Virus record (IMG/VR): IMGVR_UViG_3300027969_000045
Source of the DNA: a virus
Strand: one strand, 5' to 3'
DNA: 64,000 nucleotides
Both the position numbers and the translations under genes were made by a program. The notes under the pieces are model-generated. The model was not told the DNA's origin and searched no databases. It saw only the letters and a list, made by a program, of their open reading frames with translations. Below, in pieces: positions 46,607 through 57,457 of this stretch. Numbering within the stretch: the first letter of the stretch is position 1; each line of letters opens with the position of its first letter.

Positions 46607-47659
46607 ATGCTAGGAGAATACTATTACCACGAAATAGTCAAAAAAACTATAATTGCATTTGGCACCTTATTTAATAATATTAACATTAAACACAAAAAAC
46701 AAGATGGCAGTGATTATAGTACAATAAAAGTTCCTATTGCATATGGTCCAGTAGAGAAGTTTACGGCAAGATTAGAACAAAAACCAGATTTGAGAAATAG
46801 GGTTTCTATCGTTCTCCCAAGATTAGCATTTGAGATGACTAGCATTCAATACGATAATACTAGAAAAGTCTCTACTATGCAAACTTTTAAAGCATTAAGT
46901 TCTACAGATAATCAGGTAGTAAAGAAAGTTTTTATGCCTGCTCCATATAATATTGGCATTCAACTTTCTATTATGACTCAATATAATGATGATGCTTTGC
47001 AAATTATTGAGCAAATTCTTCCGTATTTCCAACCATCTTTCAATTTAACAATAAATTTGGTTTCCTCTATAGGGGAAAAAAGAGACATTCCTATGATACT
47101 TGAAAATATTAATTTTAAAGATAATTATGATAGTGGTTATGAAGAAAAAAGAATTATAATTTATGATTTAAGTTTTACTGCTAAAACTTATTTGTTTGGT
47201 CCCATTCCAGACAATACAGAAGGCTTTATCAAAAAAGTCCAGGTAGATTATTATTCTGATACAGAAACCAAAAATGCATCTAGGCAACTTCGTTATGTTG
47301 CAGAACCAAGAGCAATTAAAGATTATAATTCAGACAATACAACCTCTCTTGCACAAGATGTAGATGATAAAATTACTAAATTTATTGTAAATAATGCAAC
47401 TTCTCTTGTAGAAGATACATATATACAAATTGATGACGAAGAAATGTATATTAAATCTATATCTGGAAATACTATTACTGTATTAAGAGGTAGAGATGAT
47501 TCTTCTGTAGTTTCACATTTAAATGGTTCATCTGTAAATCTCATCAATGCTGCAGATGATAATTTGATTGAACAAACAGATGATTTTGGGTTTGACGAAT
47601 ATCGTTTTGATTATGGTGATGGTAAAATTTATAGTCCATCTAAAGGTATTGATGTATGA
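46607..47659 (+). CDS. gp15: Tail sheath stabilizer/terminator gp15
   Basis: YYYHEI.KKTIIAFGTLFNNI; KVPIAYGP; LPRLAFEM; QIIEQILPYFQP. Confidence 0.95.
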   Translation: MLGEYYYHEIVKKTIIAFGTLFNNINIKHKKQDGSDYSTIKVPIAYGPVEKFTARLEQKPDLRNRVSIVLPRLAFEMTSIQYDNTRKVSTMQTFKALSSTDNQVVKKVFMPAPYNIGIQLSIMTQYNDDALQIIEQILPYFQPSFNLTINLVSSIGEKRDIPMILENINFKDNYDSGYEEKRIIIYDLSFTAKTYLFGPIPDNTEGFIKKVQVDYYSDTETKNASRQLRYVAEPRAIKDYNSDNTTSLAQDVDDKITKFIVNNATSLVEDTYIQIDDEEMYIKSISGNTITVLRGRDDSSVVSHLNGSSVNLINAADDNLIEQTDDFGFDEYRFDYGDGKIYSPSKGIDV

Positions 47660-48078
47660 ATAACAAATTTGACGATATAAATCAAGCATTGGATATAGAA
47701 GCAACTTCTATAGAAAAAGAAATTGTAAAAAGATCTCCATCAAAATTATCTAGACCAACAGATAAGAATGATTTAGATGCTGATTATGAATATGCAAGAG
47801 GGCATTATTATGCCTTATTGGAAAAAGGCCAGGAAGCAATTGATAGTATATTAGAATTAGCACAAAGTTCAGAAAAAGCAAGAGATTTTGAAGTCGCTCT
47901 TCAAGGAATTAAAAGTATGGCCGATGTGGTAGATAAACTTATGGAGTTACAGCAAAAAAATAAAAAAATAAGAGAAGAAGATAAATCTAATCCAAAGAAT
48001 GTTACGAATGCACTTTTTATTGGTTCTACTGCAGAATTGCAAAAATTACTCAAGAAAGGAATCATAGATTCTAAATAG
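47656..48078 (+). CDS. gp16: Terminase small subunit gp16
   Basis: DYEYAR...LLEKGQEAID; NALFIGSTAELQKLLK. Confidence 0.92.
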   Translation: MNNKFDDINQALDIEATSIEKEIVKRSPSKLSRPTDKNDLDADYEYARGHYYALLEKGQEAIDSILELAQSSEKARDFEVALQGIKSMADVVDKLMELQQKNKKIREEDKSNPKNVTNALFIGSTAELQKLLKKGIIDSK

Positions 48079-48092
48079 TTAGAAAGTTTTAT

Positions 48093-49265
48093 ATGAAAAA
48101 TTTTAAAGAGTTTATAGATGAAACTAAAGTAATAAAATTAAAATCACATAAAACTGTAGATGAAATAGCAAAAAAACACAGACTTGATATTTCTTTTATA
48201 CAAAATCAACTTGAGATGGGAATACCAATCGAGCACGAACATACTCGTGATAAAGTTTTAGCAACTGATATTGCTTTGCAGCATTTAAATGAAATTCCGG
48301 ATTATTATACTCGTCTGAAAAAAATGGAGGCATCTGCAAAGAAAGAGCACAAAAAATTTAGAGATGTGGTAGAAGAAAAAGAGGAAAAAAGATATTGCAA
48401 TCTCTGTAAAAAAGAAGAATCGCAAAAAGAATGTAAATATGGTCCTGTTATGTGGAATATAAACACGGGAGGATTGACACAAAATCAAATTAAATTTAAT
48501 ACTACTAGAATACATCCTGCAAATGAATCAGTGACCATTGAAGATGCAAATGGCAATACTTTTTTGGAAGTTATTGATTTAATTAAACCAGAAAAAATGA
48601 AAGGTGTTAGTGAAGAAACAAAATCTGGTGACTCATCTCTTCACGATTGGTTTTCAAAAAGCAAGTCAAGTGACGGAAAACCAGGATGGGTTCAGTTGGG
48701 GGGCAGATATGCAGGGAAACCTTGTGCCAAACAACCAGGACAAAATACTAAACCAAAATGTGGTTCATCAAAAATGGCTGCAAATATGTCCGATGAGGAA
48801 GAAGATGCAGCAGCAAGAAGAAAAAGAAAAGAAGACCCAAACCCAGAAAGAATCGGGAAAGCAAAAAACGTTGCAACCGAAGAATTTGTAAATGAAGATG
48901 CTTGTAAAGAAAAAGTAAAATCTCGTTATAAGATTTGGCCTTCTGCATATGCATCTGGAGCAGTTGTTAAATGCCGTAAAGTTGGTGCGGCAAACTGGGG
49001 AAATAAGACAGAAAAAAATAATGTCTCGGAAAACTATCTGAGGATACAGACTCGCGGAACAACTTATAGTATAGTTCTCAATTGGAGAGGTAAATATATT
49101 ACAACTCAAATGTTCTTCCAACAATTTACTAGACCAACAAAATTAGAAGTAACAAGAGAAGTTAGAAAAGTTTATCCAAATGCGATTGTATTAGCATTCA
49201 ATCCATCATTAAAAGATCCAACAAAACCATTATTATTTACAGGACAAACCAATGAACCCAGATAA
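48093..49265 (+). CDS. Multidomain protein, candidate internal head protein
   Basis: Starts MKNFKEFIDE; modules separated by xxE linkers; CTAAATA upstream. Confidence 0.7.
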   Translation: MKNFKEFIDETKVIKLKSHKTVDEIAKKHRLDISFIQNQLEMGIPIEHEHTRDKVLATDIALQHLNEIPDYYTRLKKMEASAKKEHKKFRDVVEEKEEKRYCNLCKKEESQKECKYGPVMWNINTGGLTQNQIKFNTTRIHPANESVTIEDANGNTFLEVIDLIKPEKMKGVSEETKSGDSSLHDWFSKSKSSDGKPGWVQLGGRYAGKPCAKQPGQNTKPKCGSSKMAANMSDEEEDAAARRKRKEDPNPERIGKAKNVATEEFVNEDACKEKVKSRYKIWPSAYASGAVVKCRKVGAANWGNKTEKNNVSENYLRIQTRGTTYSIVLNWRGKYITTQMFFQQFTRPTKLEVTREVRKVYPNAIVLAFNPSLKDPTKPLLFTGQTNEPR

Positions 49266-49440
49266 TATTGAACTTGACAATTTAAGTAAAATTTTTGAAT
49301 ATGAAAAAATATCAAGAGAATTAGAATCTTGCACTAATATTGATTTACTAAAAAATATTTGTAGGTGCTATGTGAAACTTTATTTAAAGCAACAAGAAAC
49401 ACTAACCTTACTGGATATGAAAGAATTTGAGGTAAAATAA
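49252..49440 (+). CDS. Hypothetical protein
   Basis: ORF track. Confidence 0.75.
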   Translation: MNPDNIELDNLSKIFEYEKISRELESCTNIDLLKNICRCYVKLYLKQQETLTLLDMKEFEVK

Positions 49441-49442
49441 GT

Positions 49443-51140
49443 ATGAGTAGTGGTGATCAGTATCTAGGAAATCCTTTACTAAAAAAGGCGAATACGCCAA
49501 TAGAGTTTACTAAGGATAATATTGAACAATACATAAAATGTAAAGAAGATCCTGTATATTTTGCAAGAAATTATATAAAAATTGTTTCTCTTGATCATGG
49601 TCTTGTGCCATTTGATATGTATAAGTTTCAAGAAAAACTTATCAGTAATTTCCATGATCATAGATTTAATATCTGCAAAATGCCAAGGCAGTCTGGAAAA
49701 TCCACTACTGTAGTTTCCTATTTGCTCCATTACGCAATATTTAATGATAATGTCAATATTGCAATTCTTGCCAATAAAGCGTCTACTGCCAGAGATCTTC
49801 TTGGGAGACTTCAATTAGCATACGAAAATCTCCCCAAATGGATGCAGCAAGGCGTCTTGATATGGAACAAAGGTTCACTAGAACTTGAGAATGGTTCCAA
49901 AATTGTTGCTGCTTCTACTAGTGCATCTGCTGTTCGTGGTGGATCATATAATATTGTATTTTTGGACGAATTTGCGTTCGTTCCAAATAATGTTGCAGAA
50001 GAATTTTTTAGTTCAGTATATCCTGTTATATCATCTGGTAAATCCACCAAGATGATTATTGTTTCTACCCCTCACGGGATGAATCATTTTTATAAAATTT
50101 GGCACGATGCCGAAAGAAAAAAGAACGAATATATACCAACCGAAGTTCATTGGAGTGACGTTCCTGGTAGGGATGAGGAATGGAAGCGCCAAACAATAGC
50201 AAATACTAGCGACCAACAATTTGAAGTTGAATTTGAGTGTGAGTTTCTTGGTTCTGTTGGAACTTTAATCAGTGCATCAAAATTGAAAAACTTAGTTTAT
50301 GACGATCCAATAGAAAGAAGTGGAGGATTGGATGTATATGAAGAACCACAAGAAGATCATACTTATATAATGACTGTGGATGTTTCAAGGGGATTAAATA
50401 ATGATTACTCTGCTTTTGTTGTTTTTGATATAACTACGTTTCCATATAGAATAGTTTCAAAATATAGAAATAATGAAATTAAACCTATGCTTTTTCCAAA
50501 TATTATTTTGGACGTAGCAAAAGCATATAATAAAGCATTTGTTTTGGCAGAAGTTAATGATATTGGAGAGCAAGTAACAAGTATTTTACATTTTGATTTA
50601 GAATATGATAATATTCTAATGTGTGCGATGAGAGGTAGAGCTGGACAATTGGTTGGACAAGGATTTTCTGGAAAGAAAACTCAATTGGGCGTCAAAATGT
50701 CCAAAACAGTAAAGAAAGTTGGTTGCTCTAATTTAAAAACGATTGTAGAAGATAATAAATTAATATTCAATGATTATGATATTATTAGTGAACTGACGAC
50801 CTTTATCCAAAAAAATCAATCATTTGAAGCTGAAGAGGGATCAAATGATGACTTGGTAATGTGTTTAGTTATCTTTGCTTGGTTGGTTGTCCAGGATTAT
50901 TTCAAGGAGATGACTGAAAATGATGTTCGTAAAAGAATATATGAAGACCAAAAAGAACAAATAGAACAAGATATGTCTCCTTTTGGATTCATTACTGATG
51001 GTCTAAATAATGAAAATACTTTTGTTGATACTGAAGGAGATACTTGGAAAGTTATTGGTGGCAATCAAGTTCAAGGTGATGAAAATGGATGGCATCTTGA
51101 TGAGTATGGGGATAGTTCATATATGTGGGAATATAGGTAA
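49443..51140 (+). CDS. gp17: Terminase large subunit gp17
   Basis: YLGNPLLK; PRQSGKSTT; FLDEFAFV; STPHGMNHFY; DDLVM. Confidence 0.97.
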   Translation: MSSGDQYLGNPLLKKANTPIEFTKDNIEQYIKCKEDPVYFARNYIKIVSLDHGLVPFDMYKFQEKLISNFHDHRFNICKMPRQSGKSTTVVSYLLHYAIFNDNVNIAILANKASTARDLLGRLQLAYENLPKWMQQGVLIWNKGSLELENGSKIVAASTSASAVRGGSYNIVFLDEFAFVPNNVAEEFFSSVYPVISSGKSTKMIIVSTPHGMNHFYKIWHDAERKKNEYIPTEVHWSDVPGRDEEWKRQTIANTSDQQFEVEFECEFLGSVGTLISASKLKNLVYDDPIERSGGLDVYEEPQEDHTYIMTVDVSRGLNNDYSAFVVFDITTFPYRIVSKYRNNEIKPMLFPNIILDVAKAYNKAFVLAEVNDIGEQVTSILHFDLEYDNILMCAMRGRAGQLVGQGFSGKKTQLGVKMSKTVKKVGCSNLKTIVEDNKLIFNDYDIISELTTFIQKNQSFEAEEGSNDDLVMCLVIFAWLVVQDYFKEMTENDVRKRIYEDQKEQIEQDMSPFGFITDGLNNENTFVDTEGDTWKVIGGNQVQGDENGWHLDEYGDSSYMWEYR

Positions 51141-51151
51141 GTTTAGCAATT

Positions 51152-51159
51152 TATAAATA
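51152..51159 (+). promoter_or_regulatory. T4-type late promoter for gp18
   Basis: TATAAATA. Confidence 0.8.
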
Positions 51160-51196
51160 CTTCTAGACAAAATGAAACTTCTTTAGAGGGAAAGAC

Positions 51197-53599
51197 ATGT
51201 CGCTAAACTTAGTATCTCCAGGGGTCAATATAAGAGAAGTTGACTTAACTATTGGGGGAATTACTGCATCAAATGAGCAGGTTGGCGCAATAGCAGGTCC
51301 ATTTTCAAAAGGACCAGTCAATGTACCTATTTTAATTCAGAATGAGAATGATCTTCTCAATACATTTGGAAAACCACTTTCTACCGATTCTCAATACGAG
51401 TATTGGTTGAGTGCTTCTTCATACTTATCATATGGAGGAATTCTCAGAGTTCTTAGAACAGATGGAACTACATTAAATAATTCAAACGCTTCAACAGTTG
51501 GCAGTGGTTCAACTACTTTGAAAATTTCTTCATATGAAGATTATATCAATAGCTATTCAACAGCATCTTCTTGGTCCTATGCATCAAGAGATCCAGGAAG
51601 TTGGGCAAATAATTTAAAAGTATGTGTAATTGATGCTGCTGCAGATCAAAGAGTTGCAATTGGAACTTTTGGAATGTCAGTTGGGTATGGCATTACTGTT
51701 GGATTGAATACTTCATATGCTAATACAGATGGTACTGTTGGTTCATCTGTTGGTTATTTGAGAGGAATTATTACTAATGTTGGAAATCAATATGTTGATG
51801 TAAAAGTAACTGACAGATACGATAATGCTGCTGGAACCTCAAGTTTAGTTTCATATTCGCAAAATAGCATCAATTCTTTCCAATCTGGTGTTGGTGTAGC
51901 TTATATCAAAACATCTTCTGGAGTTTCAACTTCAATTGAAGTAAATAGATTCTATGGATCTATTGGTTCTGGTTCTACAATTATCCTACCACCTTCAATT
52001 TCAGTATCACTTCCTACTGTTGCTATTGGCAATTTAGTTCAAACAATATCTAATGGTATTGTAAATGAATCTACTATCGTAGGATTAAGTACAACTCTTG
52101 TGAATGGATCACTACAGACAACTATTGTAACCAATACTGCTTCTGTTGGTGTAGGGACAAATGTTGAGTTTGTAGTAAAATCTCCAGCAGCATCTGGAAT
52201 TAATTTTACGACTGGTCCATCAACTCCAACTGTTGTTTCCGATTGGTACAATCTTCAAACTCTTGGACTTACAAATTCAACAGTTTATTGGAAGACAATT
52301 GCAGAAAGACCTTCCACTTCACAATATGTAAATGATAGAAGCGGAAAAAATGATGAGATTCACATTGTAGTTGTAGATGATAGTGGTTCTGTTACCGGAG
52401 TTGCTGGTAATATTGTAGAGAAATTTACATATTTGACAAAAGCATTTGATGGTAAAATTTCACCTACACAATCTGTATATTATAAAGATTTTATTTCTGC
52501 AAATTCAGAGTATATTTTTGCGGGTGCTGCACCAACTGGTTCTGCTACTGGATTCACAAGCACTACTGGATATACAAATACTAATATTGGTAACTGGGCA
52601 CAAAATGCTCAAGGCACAACCTTCTCTGGCGTAGGAAATATTACTTATAATTTGACTGGTGGTGTTGATTATTCTTCTTCTGGGGGAATGGGCGCTACTC
52701 TTGCTAATATTATTACTTCTTATAATGTTTTATCCAATCCAGCAGAATATCAAGTCAATTTCTTAATTAATGGTCCTTCTGGTGGTGCAACAATCTACGA
52801 ATCTCAAGCAAAAGCAAATGCTTTAATTGGAATTGCCGAAGCAAGAAAAGATTGTGTTGCTGTAATTTCCCCACATAAATCCGGAATTGTAAATATTACA
52901 AATTCCGATACTCAAACCACTAATGTTATTAATTTCTTTGATCCAATCACATCCAGTTCTTATGCTGTATTTGATAGTGGTTATAAGTATATGTTTGACA
53001 GATTCAATAATACTTTCAGATACATTCCCTGCAATGCCGATGTTGCCGGTCTGATGGCTAGAACATCTATTAACCAATACTCTTGGTTCTCTCCTGCTGG
53101 TGCCTCTAGAGGGGCAATTAATGGTGCCGTAAAGCTTGCTTACAATCCATCAAAAGCACAAAGAGATCTATTGTATCCTAAGAGAATTAATCCAATTATT
53201 TTCTCTCCTGGTGCTGGCATTATTCTTTATGGAGACAAAACTGCACTTTCATATACTTCTGCTTTTGATAGAATTAACGTTCGTCGTTTATTCCTCACAA
53301 TTGAATCTACAATTGAAAGAGCAGCAAGAGCGCAGTTATTTGAATTCAATGACATAATTACAAGATCAAATTTTGTAAATATTGTTGAACCATATCTTCG
53401 TGATGTAAAATCAAAGAGAGGCATTATTGACTTCTTGGTTGTTTGTGATGAAACAAATAACACTCCCGACGTGATTGATGGAAATCAGTTTAGAGCTGAT
53501 ATCTTTGTTAAACCTGCAAGATCAATTAACTTCATCGGACTTACCTTTGTTGCTACACGCACAGGTGTAAGTTTTGAAGAAGTTGTTGGAAACGTTTAA
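51197..53599 (+). CDS. gp18: Tail sheath protein gp18
   Basis: LVSPGV.IREVDLT; WFSPAG..RG; FDRINVRRLF; KPARSINFI.L.FVATRTGV.FEE. Confidence 0.97.
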   Translation: MSLNLVSPGVNIREVDLTIGGITASNEQVGAIAGPFSKGPVNVPILIQNENDLLNTFGKPLSTDSQYEYWLSASSYLSYGGILRVLRTDGTTLNNSNASTVGSGSTTLKISSYEDYINSYSTASSWSYASRDPGSWANNLKVCVIDAAADQRVAIGTFGMSVGYGITVGLNTSYANTDGTVGSSVGYLRGIITNVGNQYVDVKVTDRYDNAAGTSSLVSYSQNSINSFQSGVGVAYIKTSSGVSTSIEVNRFYGSIGSGSTIILPPSISVSLPTVAIGNLVQTISNGIVNESTIVGLSTTLVNGSLQTTIVTNTASVGVGTNVEFVVKSPAASGINFTTGPSTPTVVSDWYNLQTLGLTNSTVYWKTIAERPSTSQYVNDRSGKNDEIHIVVVDDSGSVTGVAGNIVEKFTYLTKAFDGKISPTQSVYYKDFISANSEYIFAGAAPTGSATGFTSTTGYTNTNIGNWAQNAQGTTFSGVGNITYNLTGGVDYSSSGGMGATLANIITSYNVLSNPAEYQVNFLINGPSGGATIYESQAKANALIGIAEARKDCVAVISPHKSGIVNITNSDTQTTNVINFFDPITSSSYAVFDSGYKYMFDRFNNTFRYIPCNADVAGLMARTSINQYSWFSPAGASRGAINGAVKLAYNPSKAQRDLLYPKRINPIIFSPGAGIILYGDKTALSYTSAFDRINVRRLFLTIESTIERAARAQLFEFNDIITRSNFVNIVEPYLRDVKSKRGIIDFLVVCDETNNTPDVIDGNQFRADIFVKPARSINFIGLTFVATRTGVSFEEVVGNV

Positions 53600-53619
53600 T
53601 TCAATAGAGGAAACCCACA

Positions 53620-54255
53620 ATGGCTAACTTAAACATTCCAAATACAAAAGACAGAACCCTTGATCAATTCAAGGGAAGAATGCTCGGGGGTGGAGCGAGA
53701 CCTAATTTATTTGAATGTGAATTGTTTTTTCCTTCCGATTCAATTCCAGTAGGAACTACCGAAGATGCGCTTTCGGATAAAACTAGATTTTTAGTCAAAG
53801 CTGCAAATCTTCCTGCTTCTACTCTTGGAGTTATTGATGTTCCATTTAGAGGAAGAAACCTCAAAATTGCTGGAGATAGAACATTTGACCCTTGGACCAT
53901 TACCGTAATTAATGATTCCGATTTCATAATTAGAACTGCTTTTGAAAGATGGATGAATCTTATCAACAAGCACGAGGATAATGCCGGAAAAAATAATCCA
54001 GTAGATTACCAAAAAGAAGTTTATGTGAAGCAATTTGGAAGAGCTTTAACTAATGGTTCAACTCCAACAAGTGCAACTCAAATTCCAGTATTGAAGCAAT
54101 ATAAATTCTACGGAGTTTTCCCAACTTCAGTAAGTGATATTGCTCTTTCGTATGATTCTTCAGATACAATTGAAGAATTCACTGTAGATCTTCAAGTTCA
54201 ATGGTGGGATGCTCTTGATCCTTCTGGCGCAACTCAACTTGGAACTGGAGCATAA
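53620..54255 (+). CDS. gp19: Tail tube protein gp19
   Basis: GGGARPNLF; VPFRGR.LKIAGDRTFDPWTITVIND; IEEFTV. Confidence 0.96.
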   Translation: MANLNIPNTKDRTLDQFKGRMLGGGARPNLFECELFFPSDSIPVGTTEDALSDKTRFLVKAANLPASTLGVIDVPFRGRNLKIAGDRTFDPWTITVINDSDFIIRTAFERWMNLINKHEDNAGKNNPVDYQKEVYVKQFGRALTNGSTPTSATQIPVLKQYKFYGVFPTSVSDIALSYDSSDTIEEFTVDLQVQWWDALDPSGATQLGTGA

Positions 54256-54280
54256 ATAGTAGAAACTGATTTAATTATTG

Positions 54281-55990
54281 ATGGCTAAATTATTTGGATT
54301 TAAAATACAAGATACTACTGGAGCAGATAAGTCCAAAAGCATTATCTCTCCAGTACCTCCTAATGAGGAAGATAAGTCAGATTTTTATCTTCAAAGTGGA
54401 TTTTATGGCCAGTATGTAGATATTGAAGGTGTTTATAAAAGTGAGCAAGATTTAGTAAGAAGATATCGTGAGATGGCACTTCACCCAGAATGTGATAGTG
54501 CCATTGAAGATGTAGTAAATGAAGCAATCGTATCAGATTTGAATGATTCTCCCGTAGAGATTGAACTTTCAAATCTTCCAGCTTCAGATAAACTAAAACA
54601 AATTATTAGAGACGAATTCAAAACAATTAAAGATATTTTAGATTTTGATAGAAAATCACACGAAATATTCAGAAATTGGTATATTGATGGAAGAATCTTT
54701 TATCATAAAGTAATTGATTTTAAAAAACCAGAAGAAGGAATCAAAGAAATAAGATATATTGATCCTCTTAAAATTAGATTTATTCGTAGAGCAGAACAAT
54801 CTGGACCAAATGCAAATTTCCCAACTCCTATGGGGACAAGTAAGGATCCAATTGATATCTACCAAGCACCAAAAATAGAAGAATATTATCTATATGATCC
54901 AAATTCTTCTATGGGTACTGGAGGAACTACATCATTCAGGAATGAATCAAAAAGTGTAAAAATCACAAAAGATGCGATTACATTTATCACTTCTGGTCTT
55001 GTAGATCGCAACAAACAAACAGTTCTTTCATATCTCCATAAAGCAATTAAAGCACTCAATCAATTAAGAATGATTGAAGATAGTCTTGTAATTTATAGAC
55101 TATCTCGTGCTCCAGAACGTAGAATTTTCTATATTGATGTTGGCAATCTACCAAAAATTAAAGCTGAGCAATATCTTCGTGATGTGATGAATCGTTATAG
55201 AAACAAACTTGTCTATAACGCAGATACAGGAGAAATTCGTGATGATCGTAAGTATATGGCGATGCTTGAAGATTTTTGGTTGCCACGTAGAGAAGGTGGT
55301 CGTGGAACAGAGATCACTACACTTCCTGGTGGACAAAATCTTGGAGAACTTGCTGATATTGAATATTTCCAAAAGAAACTTTACAAATCTCTAAATGTCC
55401 CATCAAGTAGAATTGATGTTGGTGGTGGTGGCTTTAATCTCGGAAGATCTTCTGAAATTTTAAGAGATGAACTTAAATTTACAAAGTTTGTAGGAAGACT
55501 GAGAAAAAGATTTTCTCAGATGTTTAATGATTTTCTAAAAACACAACTGATTTTAAAAAATATTATTACTCCGGAAGATTGGGAATCATTATCAGAACAT
55601 ATTCAATATGATTTTATTTACGATAATCATTTTTCCGACTTAAAAAATAATGAACTTTTAAATGACCAATTGGGAGTTGTTGCCGCTATGCAACCATATA
55701 TTGGTACTTATTTCTCAACACAATATGTGAGACAGAAAGTTCTCAAACATTCCGATACTCTTATGGGAGAAATTGATAACCAAATCAAAAAAGAAATTGA
55801 AAAAGGAATTATACCAGATCCAGCAACTATTGATCCATCCACTGGTATGCCTTTTCAAGATAATTCTGCAGGAATGCAACCCCAAAATAATGCTGGAGGA
55901 ATGGATTTGGGGCAACCAATGATGGAACCAGACTTAACAAAACAAGCAAAATCCACTGAAATCAAGATGCCCAAAGGTGGAGAGATATAA
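54281..55990 (+). CDS. gp20: Portal protein gp20
   Basis: RAPERRIFYIDVGNLPK.KAEQY; EDFWLPRREGGRGTEITTLPGGQ. Confidence 0.98.
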   Translation: MAKLFGFKIQDTTGADKSKSIISPVPPNEEDKSDFYLQSGFYGQYVDIEGVYKSEQDLVRRYREMALHPECDSAIEDVVNEAIVSDLNDSPVEIELSNLPASDKLKQIIRDEFKTIKDILDFDRKSHEIFRNWYIDGRIFYHKVIDFKKPEEGIKEIRYIDPLKIRFIRRAEQSGPNANFPTPMGTSKDPIDIYQAPKIEEYYLYDPNSSMGTGGTTSFRNESKSVKITKDAITFITSGLVDRNKQTVLSYLHKAIKALNQLRMIEDSLVIYRLSRAPERRIFYIDVGNLPKIKAEQYLRDVMNRYRNKLVYNADTGEIRDDRKYMAMLEDFWLPRREGGRGTEITTLPGGQNLGELADIEYFQKKLYKSLNVPSSRIDVGGGGFNLGRSSEILRDELKFTKFVGRLRKRFSQMFNDFLKTQLILKNIITPEDWESLSEHIQYDFIYDNHFSDLKNNELLNDQLGVVAAMQPYIGTYFSTQYVRQKVLKHSDTLMGEIDNQIKKEIEKGIIPDPATIDPSTGMPFQDNSAGMQPQNNAGGMDLGQPMMEPDLTKQAKSTEIKMPKGGEI

Positions 55991-55993
55991 ATA
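55986..55993 (+). promoter_or_regulatory. T4-type late promoter
   Basis: TATAAATA. Confidence 0.75.
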
Positions 55994-56022
55994 GTTTTTA
56001 GTTATTAATATATTATAACAGT

Positions 56023-56238
56023 ATGGACGATTTAATAGATATGATTGCTGCTGGTGATTCTCAATCACAAGTATCTGATCGGATTAAAGATCTTCTTTTT
56101 TCTAAAAGCGCAGAAAGAATAGATGCAGTAAGACCATATGCTGCTGCTAGTCTTTTTGGTGAAGAAGATTCAGAATCTTATGAAGATGATGAGTCCGATG
56201 AAGACGATGAAGATGAATATGAAGAAGAGGAAGACTGA
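56023..56238 (+). CDS. Small acidic protein (prohead core-like position)
   Basis: Between gp20 and gp21; D/E-rich tail. Confidence 0.75.
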   Translation: MDDLIDMIAAGDSQSQVSDRIKDLLFSKSAERIDAVRPYAAASLFGEEDSESYEDDESDEDDEDEYEEEED

Positions 56239-56759
56239 TGAGTTTTAGAATTGTACAAACAGTCAGTGCAGTAAATGCTGCCGCTGCAACTACCGCAACA
56301 TCTAATCCCATCGCCCTCCAATCTGGATATATTCGTGTTTCCTGTGGAACAACTGCTGCTTACATTCAAATTTCTGAAAACCCAGTGGCAACCGCAAATG
56401 ATTTTATGATTGTTCCAAATAGTTCAGAAATTTTAAAGCAAAGAGTTGCTAGACAAAGAATTTCTGGTATTACTACAGGAGCAACAACCGTTATAGATTT
56501 TGGCGAAAATAATGGAAATCCATTTATTGTTGGTGATTATGTAACAATTCAAAATGCACATCCCGCAGGAATTAATACAGTTCATTCACAAGTGACCGTA
56601 TCAACTCCATCAAATATTACTTTGAATTATAATAGTTCTTCAGTTGTTGGAGTTGCATTAACAAATGCTTCCATTTCTAGAAGTGTGAAGGTTTCTGTAT
56701 TTGCTCCAGTGGCAGCATCTGTAAGTATTGCAGAAGTTCAAACCGCATCACTAAACTAA
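56238..56759 (+). CDS. Hypothetical virion-associated protein
   Basis: ORF track; coupled to neighbours. Confidence 0.75.
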   Translation: MSFRIVQTVSAVNAAAATTATSNPIALQSGYIRVSCGTTAAYIQISENPVATANDFMIVPNSSEILKQRVARQRISGITTGATTVIDFGENNGNPFIVGDYVTIQNAHPAGINTVHSQVTVSTPSNITLNYNSSSVVGVALTNASISRSVKVSVFAPVAASVSIAEVQTASLN

Positions 56760-56760
56760 A

Positions 56761-57411
56761 ATGAAACTAATCACAGAAGAAGTTCAAAAAGTAGAATTTA
56801 TTGTTGAGGGGACTGGATCCTCCAAAAGAATGTTCATTGAAGGTATATACCTTCAAGGAAATATGAGGAATCGTAATGGAAGAGAATATCCACTCGAAAT
56901 TCTTGACCGCGAAGTACGTCGTTACAACGAGTCTTTTATTCAAAAAGGTCGTGCTCTTGGTGAACTTGGTCATCCAGATGGACCAACAATCAATTTAGAT
57001 CGTGTTTCTCATAAAATTACTTCACTTATTCGTGAAGGAAATAACTTTAAGGGAAGGTCACAACTACTTTCTACCCCTATGGGCAAAATTGCACAATCAC
57101 TTATTGGTGAAGGTGTGACTCTTGGGGTTTCTTCTCGTGGTGTTGGTTCATTAATTCAAACGAATGAAGGACATAAAGTTGTTGGTGAAGATTTTATGTT
57201 AGCAACTGCTGCGGATATTGTTGCCGATCCATCTGCTCCTGATGCTTTTGTTCAGGGAATTATGGAAGGGAAAGAATGGGTATGGGATGGTGGAATTTTG
57301 AGAGAGCAATTTGCAGAAAAGACATATAAAACAATAAATACATTAGTTGACAAAAAAATGCTCAATGAGCATAAAGTAAAATTATTTGATAATTTTCTTT
57401 CAAATCTTTAA
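56761..57411 (+). CDS. gp21: Prohead protease gp21
   Basis: MKLITE; NRNGR.Y; ALGELGHP; GVSSRG.GS; DIVADPSAPDAFV. Confidence 0.97.
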   Translation: MKLITEEVQKVEFIVEGTGSSKRMFIEGIYLQGNMRNRNGREYPLEILDREVRRYNESFIQKGRALGELGHPDGPTINLDRVSHKITSLIREGNNFKGRSQLLSTPMGKIAQSLIGEGVTLGVSSRGVGSLIQTNEGHKVVGEDFMLATAADIVADPSAPDAFVQGIMEGKEWVWDGGILREQFAEKTYKTINTLVDKKMLNEHKVKLFDNFLSNL

Positions 57412-57413
57412 AT

Positions 57414-57421
57414 TATAAATA
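57414..57421 (+). promoter_or_regulatory. T4-type late promoter for gp22/gp23
   Basis: TATAAATA. Confidence 0.8.
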
Positions 57422-57457
57422 AATATAGATTTAACAAAGGTAAATCGGAGAGTTCAA

